DNA from: Okamejei kenojei
Taxonomy: Eukaryota
Length of the DNA stretch: 64,000 bases
Assembly (NCBI GenBank): GCA_035221665.1
Contig: CM069170.1
Span: 434,001 to 498,000, forward strand
Direction: 5' to 3'
In this document: positions 1-12,055 of the stretch, one piece after another
How positions within the stretch are numbered: position 1 is the stretch's first letter
How the letters are laid out: the number at the start of each line of letters is the position of its first letter
Notes under the pieces: generated by a model
The model's database searches: none
Told to the model about the DNA's origin: nothing
Seen by the model: the letters and a program-made list of their open reading frames with translations, nothing else
Position numbers and translations under genes: made by a program

Positions 1-1171
1 ACTCTCCAAAACGCCCTGCAAACTCTTCAATCGCTCTGGAAACTCTTCATTCGCCCTGCCAACTTCAACTGTCCTGAGAAATCTTCAAACGCCCTGCCAA
101 CTCTTCAAAAGCAGTGGAAACTCTACAACCGTCCTGGAAACTCTTCAACCGCCTGGAAAACTCTGAAAACACTCCACAAACTCTTCAAATGCCCTACCAA
201 CTCTTCAACCACTCTTGAAACCCTTCAACCGCCCCGCAAACTCTTCAAGTGCCCAGAAAACTCTTCAAAATGCCTTGACAACTCTTCAACAACCCTGCAA
301 ATGGTTCACTTGCACTCAGAAAACTTCAAGCGCCCTGTAAACTCTTCAAACGCCCTGAGAACTTTTCAAACACTCTGCAAGCTCTTCAACTGCCCTTAAA
401 ACTCTTCATCCGCCCAGAAAACTCTTCAACAGGTCTGGGAAATCATCAAAACGCCCTGCAAACTCTTCAACCGCCTTGAAAACCCTTCAACCGCTCAGGA
501 AACTCTCCAAAACGCCCTGCAAACTCTTCAATCGCTCTGGAAACTCTTCATTCGCCCTGCCAACTTCAACTGTCCTGAGAAATCTTCAAACGCCCTGCCA
601 ACTCTTCAAAAGCACTGGAGACTCTTCAGCCCTCCTGGAAACTCTTCAACCGCCTGGAAAACTCTGAAAACACTCCACAAACTCTTCAAATGCCCTGCCA
701 ACTCTTCAACCACTCTTGAAACCCTTCAACCGCCCTGGAAACTCTTCAATCGTCCTGCCAACTCTTCAACTGTCCTGAAAACTCTTCAACCAGCCATCCA
801 ACTCTTCAACCGCCCTGCAAACTCTTCAACCGCTCTGGAAACTCGTCAAAATACCCCGCAAACTCTTTAACCACCGGCAAACTCTTCACAACGACCTGCA
901 AACTCTTCAACCGCTCTGGAAACTCTTCAATCGCCCTGCCAACTCTTCAACTGTCCTGAAAACTGTTCAACCAGTCATCCAACTCTTCAACAACTCTGCA
1001 AACTTCAACCGCTCTGGAAACTCCTCGAAATACCCTGAAAACTCTACAACCGCCTTGCAAACTCTTCAAAATGACCTGCCAACTCTTCAACCGCTGTGGA
1101 AACTCTTCAACTGCCCTGAAAACTCTTCAACCCCCCTGAGATCTCTTCAAGCACTCTGCAAACTCTCCAAT

Positions 1172-1225
1172 AGTTAGATATGGCTCTTAGGATTAATGGA
1201 TTCAAGGGATATGGGGAGAAAGTAG
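1172..1225 (+). mobile_element. Tiny CR1 (HER1-like) LINE fragment from the ORF2 end, embedded in satellite
   Basis: GTTAGATATGGCTCTTAGG...AAGGGATATGGGGAGAAAG...GGGTACTGATT matches the ELDRAL..GVRGYGEKAGTGY* region of the longer CR1 copies (e.g. 26424-26500, - strand). Confidence 0.8.
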
Positions 1226-1843
1226 AAACCGGGTACTGATTCTGGAAACCCTTCAAACGCCCTGGAAACGACCCTGCAAACTCTTCAACCGCACTGTAAA
1301 CTCTTCAACCACCCTAAGTACTCTTCAAACATTCTGCAAACTCTTCATTCGCCCTGCGAACTCTTCAACCGCTCTTTGAAAAACTTCAAACCGCTCTTGA
1401 AAAACTTCAACCACTCTGGAAACTCTTCAATCACCCTGCCAACTGATCAACTGTCTTGAAAACTCTTCAGCCACCCCCCCCAACTCGTCAACTGTCCTGA
1501 GAAATCTTCAAACGCCGTGCCAACTCTTCAAAAGCACTGGAAACTCTTCAACCAGCCTGAAAATTCCTCAACCGTCCTGGAAACTCTTCAACCACCTGGA
1601 GCACGGAGAACTCTTCAAACACTCCGCAAACTCTTCAAATGCCCTGCAAACTCTTCAACCGCTCTTGAAAAACTTCAACCGCTCTTGAAAAACTTCAACC
1701 ACTCTGGAAACTCTTCAAATCGCCCTGCCAACTGATCAACTGTCTTGAAAAACTCTTCAGCCACCCCCCCCCCAACTCTTCAACCGTCCTGCAAACTCTT
1801 CAACCCCCCTGAGAACATCTTCAAGCACTCTGCAAACTCTTCA

Positions 1844-1922
1844 AGAGTTAGATATGGCTCTTAGGGTAAATGGATTCAAGGGATATGGGGGAGAAATAGA
1901 GGAAACAGGGTACTGATTCTGG
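1844..1922 (+). mobile_element. Second copy of the same CR1 micro-fragment
   Basis: Same sequence and same satellite flanks as 1172-1225, ~670 bp downstream. Confidence 0.8.
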
Positions 1923-4900
1923 AAAACTCTTCAAACCGCCCTGAAAATTCTTCAACCGCTCTGGAAACTCTTCAAAACACCTTGCAAACCCTGCAAGCGC
2001 TCTGGAAACTCCTCAAAATACCCTGAAAACTCTTCAACCGCATTGTAAACTTTTAAAACGCCCTAAGTACTCTTAAAACACTCTGCAAACTCTTCAAGCG
2101 CGTTGCAAACTCGTCAACCGCCATGCAAACTATTCGAAATGACCTGCAAACTCTTCAACCGCTCTGGAAACTCTTCAACCGCCCCGCAAACTCTTCAAGT
2201 GCCCAGAAAACTCTTAAAAATGCCTTGCCAACTATTTAACAACGCTGCAAATTCTTCACCTGCACTCAGAAATCTTCAACTGCCCTGTAAACTCCTCATC
2301 CGCCCAGAAAACTCTTCAACAGGTCTGGGAAATCATCAAAACGCCCTGCAAATCGCTTCAACCGCCTTGAAAACCCTGCAACCGCGCAGGAAACTCTCCA
2401 AAACGCCCTGCAAACTCCTCAACCGTACTGGAAACTCTTCAACTGCCCAGATAACTCTTCAACAGCACTCAGAAATCTTCAACCGCCCTGCACACTCTTC
2501 AACTGCCCTGAAAAGTCTTCAACCGCCTTGCAAACTCTTCAACTGCCCTGAAAACTCTTCAACCAGCCTGCCAACTCTTCACAAGCACTGGAAACTCTTC
2601 AACCAGCCTGCAAGCTCCTCACCGGCCTGGAGATTCTACAACCGCCCGGATAACTCGTCAAACACTTCGCAAAATCTTCAAGCGCAGTGCCAATTCTTCA
2701 ACCGCCCTGGACACTGTTCAACCGCCCTGCAAACCCTTCAAAACGCCCCCCCCCACTGCAAACTCTGCAACCGCTCTGGAAACTCCTCAAAATAATTTGC
2801 AACCTCTTTAACCGCCCTGTAAACTCTTCAACCGCCCTTAGTTTTCTTCAGACACTCTGTAAATTCTTCTTGCTAGCTCTGGAAACTCTTCAACCGCCCT
2901 GCAAGCGCTTTGACCGCCCTGAAAACGCTTCAAAATTCCTTGCCAACTCTTCAACAGCCCTGTAAACTCTTCACCCGCACTCAGAAATCTTCAACTGCCC
3001 TGCAAACTCTTCAAGCGCACTGCAAACTCTTCAACCGTCCTAAGAACTCTTCAACCGCCCTGAAAACTCTTCAATCGCCCCGAGAACTCTTGAAACACAC
3101 TGCAAGCTCTTGAACCGCTCTGAAAACTCTTCACCAATCCTATAAACAGACCTATAATACAGCCCTTCAAACACTTAAGCGCACTCAGAATTTATCAATC
3201 GCCCTGTAAACTCTCCAACCACACTGAGAAATCTTCAAACACTCTGCAAGTTCTTCAACTGCCCTGAGAGCTCTTCAACCGCCCTGCAATCTCTTCAATC
3301 GCCCTGTAGACGCTTCAACCGCCCTGGACACTCTTCAAACGACAGGAAATCTCTTCAACCGCTCTAGAAAATCTTCAACCGTTCCGACATGTTCCAAACT
3401 CTTCAACTGCTATGAAAACTCTTCAATCGTCCTAAGAACTCTTCAACCGCCCTGCAAACTCATTAGCTGCCCTAAATACTCTTCAAACACTCATCAAACT
3501 CTTCAACCGCCCTGAAAACTCTTCAGCCGCCCCGAGACCTCTTGATACACACTGCAAGCTCTTCAACCGCTCTGGAAACTCTTCAACCGTCCTGGAAATT
3601 CTTCAAAACGCCCAGCAAGCTCTTCAACCGCTCTGGACACTCTTCAACCGCCCCGCAAACTCTTCAAAGTGCGCAGAAAACTCTTCAAAATGCCTTGACA
3701 ACTCTTCAACGACCCCTGCAAATTCTTCAACCTGCACTCAGAAAACTTCAAGCGCCCTGTAAACTCTTCAAACGCCCTGCAAGCTCTTCAACTGCCCTGA
3801 AAACTCTTCATCCGCCCAGAAAAACTCTTCAACAGGTCTTGGAAATCATCAAAACGCCCTGAAAACTCTTCAACCGCCTTAAAAACCCTTCAAACCGCTC
3901 AGGAAACTCTCCAAAACGCCCTGAAAAACTCTTCAATCGCCTTGAAAACCCTTCAACCGCTCAGGAAACTCTCCAAAACGCCCTGCAAACTCTTCAATCG
4001 CTCTGGGAAACTCTGCATTCGCCCTGCCAACCTCAATTTAACTGTCCTGAGAAATCTTCAAACGCCCCGCCAACTCTTCAAAAGCACTGGAAAACTCTTC
4101 AACCGTCCTGGAAACTCTTCAACCGCCCTGGGAAAACTCTGAAAACACTCCGTAAACTCTTCAAATGCCCTGGCAACTCTTCAACCACTCTTGAAACACT
4201 ATCAACCGCCCTGGAAACTCTTCAATCGTCCTGCCAACTCTTCAATTGTCCTGAAAACATTTTCAACCAGCCATCCAACTCTTCAACCGCCCTGCAAACT
4301 CTTCAACCGCTTCTGGAAACTCGTCAAAATACCCCGCAAACTCTTTAACCACCGGCAAACTCTTCACAACGACCTGCAAACTCTTCAACCGCTCTGGAAA
4401 CTCTTCAATCGCCCTGCCAACTCTTCAACTGTCCTGAAAAACTCTTCAAACAGTGTGCCAACTCTTCAACCGCCCCGCAAACTCTTCAAGTGGCCCAGAA
4501 AACTCTTAAAAATGCCCTTGCCAACTCTTCAACAACGCTGCAAATTCTTCACCTGCACTCAGAAATCTTCAACTGCCCTGTAAACTCTTCATCCGTCCAG
4601 AAAACTCTTCAACAGGTCTGGGAAATCATCAAAACGGCCTGCAAACTCTTCAACCACCTTGAAACCCCTGCAACCGCGCAGGAAACTCTCCAAAACGCCC
4701 TGCAAACTCTTCAAAAAAAACCGCTCTGGGAAAACGCTTCAACTGCCCAGATAACTCTTCAACAGCACTCAGAAATCTTCAACCGCCCTGCACACTCTTC
4801 AACTGCCCTGAAAACTCTTCAACCGCCTTGCAAACTCTTCAACTGCCCTGAAAACTCTTCAACCAGCCTGCCAACTCTTCACCAAGCACTGGAAACTCTT

Positions 4901-5475
4901 CAACCAGCCTGCAAGCTCCTCACCGGCCTGGAGATTCTACAACCGCCCGGATAAACTCGTCAAAAACACTTCGCAAAACTCTTCAAGCGCAGTGCCATAT
5001 TCTTCAACCACCCGGGAAACTGTTGAACCGCCCTGCAAACCTTCAAAACGCCCTGCGAACTCTACAACCGCTCTGGAAACTGCTCAAAAATAATTTTGCA
5101 CCTCTTTAACCGCCTGTAACTCTTCAACCGCCCTTAGTTTTTCTTCAGACACTCTGTAAATTCTTCTTGCTAGCTCTGGAAACTCTTCAACCGCCCTGCA
5201 AGCGCTTTGACCGCTCTGAAAACGCTTCAAAATTCCTTGCCAACTCTTCAACAGCCCTGTAAACTCTTCACCCGCACTCAGAAATCTTCAACTGCCCTGC
5301 AAACTCTTCAAGCGCACTGCAAACTCTTCAACCGTCCTAAGAACTCTTCAACCGCCCTGCAAGCTCTTCAACCGCCCTGAAAACTCTTCAATCGCCCCGA
5401 GAACTCTTGAAACACACTGCAAGCTCTTGAACCGCTCTGAAAACTCTTCACCAATCCTATAAACAGACCTATAAT

Positions 5476-6058
5476 TCAATTCAATTCAATTCAATTCAAA
5501 TTTAATGTCATTGCACAGATACAAGTATGGGTACAACGAAATGCAGTTTAGTGTCAGTACGTAGTGATAGCAATGTTTAGATAAATACAGATAAATAAAT
5601 ACAGATGTGGGAATCTATTGGCGGACTCCGAGTTCAGCAGTGGCGATGGTGTTATTGTAGAAGCTACTCCTCATCCTGCTGGTGCGGGACCTGAGGCTCC
5701 TGTACCGCCTCCCCGATGGTAGGAGGGCAAACAGTCCATGGTTAGGGTGGGAGGGGTCCTTGATGATCTTCCCAGCCCGTCTCAGACACCGTTTTCGGTG
5801 GAGGGCATCCATGGCAGGGAGCGGGGCACCGATGATGTGCTGGGCGGTTTTTCACCACCCGTTGTAGTGCCTTCCTGTCTGCTACGGTGCAACTGCTGTA
5901 CCATACCGTAAAGCAGGTGGTCAGGATGCTTTCAATGGTACATCGTAGAAAGTTGTGTCAGGATCTGGGGGGACAGGTGGGCTTTTTTGAGCCTCCTCAG
6001 GAAATAAAGGCGCTGCTGCGCCTTTTTGACCAGCTTGGAGGTGTTGAGGGAGGTGTTG
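5476..6058 (-). mobile_element. 5'-truncated Rex1/Babar-type non-LTR retrotransposon with (TTGAA)n tail
   Basis: The minus strand reads LVKKAQQRLYFLRRLKK...TIESILT..TVWY (DUF1891-like), then ORF 5615-5812 KIIKDPSHPNHGLFALLPSGRRYRSL, with frameshifts. TTCAA repeats occur at 5475-5499. Empty sites CCTATAATACAGCCC lie at ~3151 and ~8344. Confidence 0.9.
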
Positions 6059-9000
6059 ATACAGCCCTTCAAACACTTAAGCACACTCAGAATTGTTCAA
6101 CGCACTGCAAACTCCTCCAACCACATTGAGAAATCCTCAAACACTCTGCAAATTCTTCAACTGCCCTGAGAACCCTTCAACCTCCCTGCAATCTCTTCAA
6201 TCGCCCTGTAGATGCTTTCAACCGCCCTGGACACTCTTCAAACGTCCTAAGAACTCTTCAACCGCCCTGCAAACTCATTAACCGCCCTAAATACTCTTCA
6301 AACACTCTTCAAACTCTTCAACCGCACTGCAAACTCTCCAAGCGCCCTGAAAACTCTTCAGCCGCCCCGAGACCTCTTGAAACACACTGCAAGCTCTTCA
6401 ACCGCTCTGGAAACACTTCAACCGTCCTGGAAATTCTACAAAACGCCCTGCAAGCTCTTCAACCGCTCTGGACACTCTTCAAACGCCCAGAAAACTCTAC
6501 AACTGTCTTGCAAACTCTTCAACCGCCGTGAAAACTCTTCCCCCGTTCTGGAAACTCTTCAAAACGCTCTGCAAACTGTTCAAAAAGCTCTGCAAATTCT
6601 TCAACTATCTTATAAACTCTTCAACCGCCTTGCAAACCGCCAAGGAAACTCTTCAAAATGCCTTGCCAAATCTTCAACTGCCCTGCAACCTCTTCAAGCG
6701 CACTGCAAACTCTTTAACCGTCCTACGAACTCTTCAACCGTGCTGCAAGCTCTTCAACCGCCCTGAAAACTCTTCAATCACCCCGAGAACTCTCGAAACA
6801 CACTACAAGCTCTTCAACCGCTCTGGAAACTCTACAACTGTCCTGCAAACTCTTCAACCGCCGTGAAAACTCTTCACCCGTTCTGGAAACTCTTCAAAAC
6901 GCTCGGCAAACTGTTCAAAACGCTCTGCAAACCGCCCCCGCAAACTCTACAACCGCTCTGGAAACTCCCCAAATTACCTTTACAAACTCATCATCTGCCC
7001 TGTAAACTCTACAACCGCCCTAAGTTCTCTTCAAACACTCTGCAAACTCTTCAATCGCCCTGGAAAAAACTCTTCGCCCGCCCTCAGAAATCTCAACTGC
7101 CCTGAAAACTCTTCAAACACACTGCAAACTCTTCGACCGTCGTAAGAACTCTTCAACCGCCCTGCAATCTCCTTAAGCGCCATGAAAACTCTTTAACCGC
7201 CCCGAGAACTCTTGAAACACAGCGCAAGCTCTTCAACCGCTCTGGAAACTCTTCACCCGTCCTGGCAACTCGTCAGCCGCCCGGGTAACTGGTCAACTGC
7301 CCTGCAAACCGTTTAGGTAACCCACAAACACAGCAACTCAGCGAACATATCGGACACACTGCCAATACCAACCTGCCACAAAGCCAACAGCCAAGTCCCA
7401 AACCCTTCCGACATGTTCCAAACTCTTAAATCGCCCTGAATTCTCTTCAACCGCTCTGCAAACTCTTCAACCGCCCTGTAAACTCTTCAAAACGCCCTGC
7501 AAACTCCTCAACTGCCCTTCAAACTCTTTCAGCGCACTCAGAAATTTCTACAGCCCTGTAAACTCTTCAATTGTCCTAGGTTTTCTTCGGACACTTAGAA
7601 AACTGCCCTGATAAGTCTTCAACTGCACTCAGAAACATCAACCGCCCTGCACACTCTTCAACTGCCCTGAAAACTCTTCAAACCAGCCTGCCAACTCTTC
7701 ACAAGCACTGCAAACTCTTCACCAGCCTGCAAGCTCCTCACCGGCCTGGAAACTCTTCAACCGCCCGGAGAACTCCTCAAACACTCCGCAAACTCTTCAG
7801 GCGCAGTGCCAATTCTTCAACCACCCGGGAAACTGTTCAACCGCCCTGCAAACCCTTCAAAACGCACTGCAAACTCTGCAACCGCTCTGGAAAACTCCTC
7901 AAAATACCTTGCAACCTCTTTACCCCCGCCCTGTAAACTCTTCAACCGCTCTAAGTTTTCTTCAGGCACTCTGTAAATTCTTCTGGCGCGTTGCTAGCTA
8001 TTCAAACGCCCTGTAAACTACTCAAAACGATGTGCAAAGTCTTCAATCGCTCTGGAAACTCTTCCATCGCCATGCAAGCTCTTTAACCGCCCTGAAAACG
8101 CTTCAAAATGCCTTGTCAACCCTCAAACAGCCCTGCAAACTCTTCACCCGCACTCAGAAATCTTCAACTGCCCTGCAAACTCTTGAAGCGCACTGCACAC
8201 TCTTCAACCGTCCTAAGAACTCTTCAACCGCCCTGCAAGCTCTTCAACCGCCCTGAAAACTCTTCAATCGCCCCGAGAACTCTTGAAAGACACTGCAAGC
8301 TCTTGAACCGCTCTGAAAACTCTTCACCAATCTTATAAACAGACCTATAATACAGCCCTTCAAACACTTAAGCGCACTCAGAATTCATCAACCGCCCTGT
8401 AAACTCTCCAACCACACTGAGAAATCTTCAAACACTCTGCAAATTCTTCAACTGCCCTGAGAGCTCTTCAACCTCCCTGCAATCTCTTCAATCGCCCTGT
8501 AGACGCTTCAACTGCACTGCAAACTCTTCAATTGCCCTGAGATCTCTTCAACCGCCCTGCAAACTCTTCAATTGCCCTGCGAACACTTCAACCGCCCTGG
8601 ACACTCTTCAAAACGGCACGAAAATTATTCAACCGCTCTAGAAAATCTTCAACCGTTCCGACATGTTCCAAACTCTTCAACTGTTCTGAAAACTCTTCAA
8701 CCGTCCTAAGAACTCTTCAACCGCCCTGCAAACTCATTAACCGCCCTAAATACTCTTCAAACACTCATCAAACTCTTCAACCGCCCTGAAAACTCTTCAG
8801 CCGCCCCGAGACCTCTTGAAACACACTGCAAGCTCTTCAACCGCTCTGGAAACACTTCAACCGTCCTGGAGAATTCTTCAAAACGCCCTGCAAGCTCTTC
8901 AACCGCTCTGGACACTCTTCAAACGCCCAGAAAACTCTCCAACGGTCTTGCAAACTCTTCAATCGCCGTGAAAACTCTTCACCCGTTCTGGAAACTCTTC

Positions 9001-9103
9001 AAAACGCTCTGCAAACTGTTCAAAACGCTCTGCAAATTCTTCAACTACCTTATAAACCCTTCAACCGCCTTGCAAACTCTTCAACCGCCAAGGAAACTCT
9101 TCA

Positions 9104-9316
9104 GGGTAGACAAGAATGCTGGGGAAATTCAGCGGGTGAGGCAGCATCTGTGGAGCGAAGGAAATAGGCAACGTTTCCGGTCAAAACCCTTCTTCAGACT
9201 GATGTGAGGGGGGGGGGGGGGGGGGGGGGGAGAAAGGAAGAGGAAGAGCCAGTGGGTTGAGGGAGAGCTGAGAAGGGGAGGAGAAAGTAGGGACTATCTG
9301 AAATTAGAGAAGTCAA
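9104..9316 (-). mobile_element. Penelope-like element (PLE) 3' terminal fragment, copy 1 in satellite
   Basis: The minus strand gives the ORF end GACTTCTCTAATTTCAGATAG (DFSNFR*), a pyrimidine-rich UTR with poly-C, then CTGAAGAAGGG...GAAACGTT and CCACAGATGCTGCCTCACCCGCTGA. Confidence 0.8.
9167..9201 (-). ncRNA. Minimal type I hammerhead-ribozyme-like motif (degenerate)
   Basis: Minus strand CAGT-CTGAAGA-AGGGTTTTGACCG-GAAAC-GTT-GCC has the CUGANGA and GAAA core with a palindromic ACGT helix III. Stem II is imperfect and helix I is only ~2 bp. Confidence 0.55.
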
Positions 9317-9694
9317 CGCTCTGGAAACTCTTCAACTGCCCTGAAAACTCTTCAACTGCACTCAGAAATCTTCAACCGTCTGGAAACTCTTCAAAACGCT
9401 CTCCAAACCCTTCAACTGCCTTGCGAATTCTTCAACCGCCGTGAAAACTCATCAATCGCCCCGAGAACGTTTGAAACACACTGCAAGCTCTTCAACCGCT
9501 GTGGAAACTCTTCAACAGTCCTATAAACTATTGAAAGCGCCCTGCAAACTGTTCAACCGCCAGGTAAGCTCTTCAACCCCTCTGGAAACTCTTCAGCCGC
9601 CCTGTAAACTCTTCAACCGGCATGCGTAGGCCTCTTCCGCCCCAGAACGCTGGAAACACACTGCAAACTCTTCAACCGCCCTGGAAACTCTTCA

Positions 9695-9905
9695 GGGTAG
9701 ACACAAATGCTGGAGAAAATCAGCGGGCGAGGCAGCATCTGTGGAGCGAAGGAAATAGGCAACGTCTTGGGTCGAGACCCTTCTTCAGGCTGATGTGAGG
9801 GTTGGGGGTCGGGAGTAAGAAAGGAAGAGGAAGAGCCAGTGGGTTGAGGGAGAGCTGAGAAGGGGAGGAGAAAGTAGGGTCTATCTGAAGTTAGAGAAGT
9901 CAATG
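9695..9905 (-). mobile_element. PLE 3' fragment, copy 2
   Basis: Same module and boundaries as 9104-9316; the hammerhead GAAA is mutated to AAGA. Confidence 0.8.
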
Positions 9906-11838
9906 CCCTGGAAACTCTTCACCTGCCCTGAGAACTCTTCAATTGCACTCAGAAATCTTCAACCAGTTTGAAACGCCCTGCAAGCTCTTCAACCGTTCTG
10001 GACAATCTTCAAAACGCCCTGCAAACTATGAGATCGACCTGAATTCTCTTCAACCGCTCAGCAAACACTTCAACCGCGCTGCAAACTCTTCAACATGACT
10101 TGCCTACTCAACAACAGCCTTTCAAACTCTTTAAGCTCACTCAGAAATGTTCAATCTGAAGACTCTTCAACCGCCCTGTAAAGTCTTCAACCGCCCTGCA
10201 AACTCTTCCACCGCACCGAGAACACTTGAAGCACACGGCAAGCTCTTCAACCGCTCTGGAAACTCTTCACCCGTCCTGGAAATACTTCAAAGCGCCCAGC
10301 AAACTCTTCAACCGCTCTGGAAACTCTTCAGCCGCCATGGAAGCTCTTCAACCGGCATGCAAACTTTTCACCCGCACCTCAGCGAACAAATCGGACACAC
10401 TGCCAGTACCAACCAACCACAAAGCCAACAGCCAAGTCCCAAACCCTTCCGACATGTTCCAAACTCTTCAAACGCCCCGAATTCTCTTCAACCGCTCTGC
10501 AAGCTATTCAACCGCCCTGTAAACTCTTCGAAATGACTTGCCAACTCATGAACAGCCATTCAAACTCTTTAAGCGCACTCAGAAATTTTCAACCGCTCTG
10601 TAAACTCTTCAAATGCCCTGAAAACTCTTCAACCGCCCTGAAAACTCTTCAACGCCCTGAAAACTCTTCAACCGTCCCGAGAACTCTTGAAACACACTGC
10701 AAGCTCATCAGCTGTTCTGGTAACTCTTCAAAACGCCCTGCAAACTCCTCAACTGTCTTGCAACTCTTCAACCGCCGTGAAAACTCATCAACCGCTCAGG
10801 AAACTCTTCAACCGCCTTGCAAACTCTTCAACCGCCTTGCAAACTCTTCAACTTCCTTGCAAACTCTTCAACCGCCCTGGAAACTCTTCAGGGCAGACAA
10901 AAATGCTGGGGAAACTGAGCGACATGCTCAGCAAACCCTTCCAACATGTTCCAAACTCTTCAACCGCCCTGAAAACTCTTCAACCGCCCCGAGAACTCTT
11001 GAAACACACAGCAAGCACTTCAGCCGTTCTGGTAACTCTTCAAAACGCCCTGCAAACTCCCCAACTGTCTTGCAACTCTTCAACCGCCGTGAAAACTCAT
11101 CAATACACTCAGGAAACTCTTCAACCGCCTTGCAAACTCTTCAACCGCCTTGCAAACTCTTCAAAACGACATGAAAACTCTTCACCTGTTCTAGACAATC
11201 TTCAATCGCCCTGCAAACACTTCAACCGCTCTGTAAAATCCTCAACGCCCTGGGAACTCTTCAAACAGTCTGCAAACTCTTCAAGCGCAGTGCCTACTCT
11301 TCAACCGTCCTGGCAACTCGTCAGCCGCCCGGGTAACTCGTCAACTGCCCTGCAAACCGTTTAGGTAACCCACAAACACAGCAACTCAGCGAACATATCG
11401 GACATACTGCCAATACCAACCAGCCACAAAGCCAACAGCCAAGTCCCAAACACTTCCGACATGTTCCATACTCTTAAATCGCCCTGAATTCTCTTCAACC
11501 GCTCTGCAAATTCTTCAACCATCCTGTAAACTCTTCAAAACGCCCTGCAAACTCCTCAACTGTCTTGCAACTCTTCAACCGCCGTGAAAACTCATCAACC
11601 GCTCAGGAAACTCTTCAACCGCCTTGAAAACTCTTCAACCGCCTTGCAAACTCTTCAACCGCTCTGGAAACTAATCAAAATTACTTGTCGATTCATCAAC
11701 CACCCTGCAAATTTTCAATCGTCCTGCAAACTCTTCAACCGCCCCGAGAGCTCTGAGAACACACTGCAAGCTCTTCAACCGCTCAGGTAACTCTCCAAAA
11801 CGCCCTGCAAACTCTTCAACCGCCCTGGAAACACTTCA

Positions 11839-12055
11839 GGGTAGACAAGAAGGCAGGAGAAACTCAGCGGGTGAGGCAGCATCTACGGAGCGAAGGAAAT
11901 AGGCCACGTCTCGGGCGCAAACCGCCCCGAGAGCTCAGACTGATGTGAGGGTGGGGGGCCGGGAAGAAGAAAGGAAGGAGAGGAGCCAGTGGGCTGAGGG
12001 AGAGCTGAGAATGGGAGGAGAAAGTAGGGACTATCTGAAATTATAGAAGTCAATG
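11839..12055 (-). mobile_element. PLE 3' fragment, copy 3
   Basis: GGGTAGACAAG...GAAGTCAATG module with the same flanks. Confidence 0.8.

Noticed and set aside
5615-6030. Similarity to DUF1891/ALKBH8-annotated proteins
   Set aside because: This is the C-terminus of Rex1/Babar ORF2. It is frameshifted, tailed and has empty paralogous sites, so it is not a host gene.
7304-7420. CENP-B box or tRNA/Pol III promoter in the 115-bp cassette
   Set aside because: I could not see TTCGNNNNANNCGGG on either strand, nor an A/B box pair or a cloverleaf.
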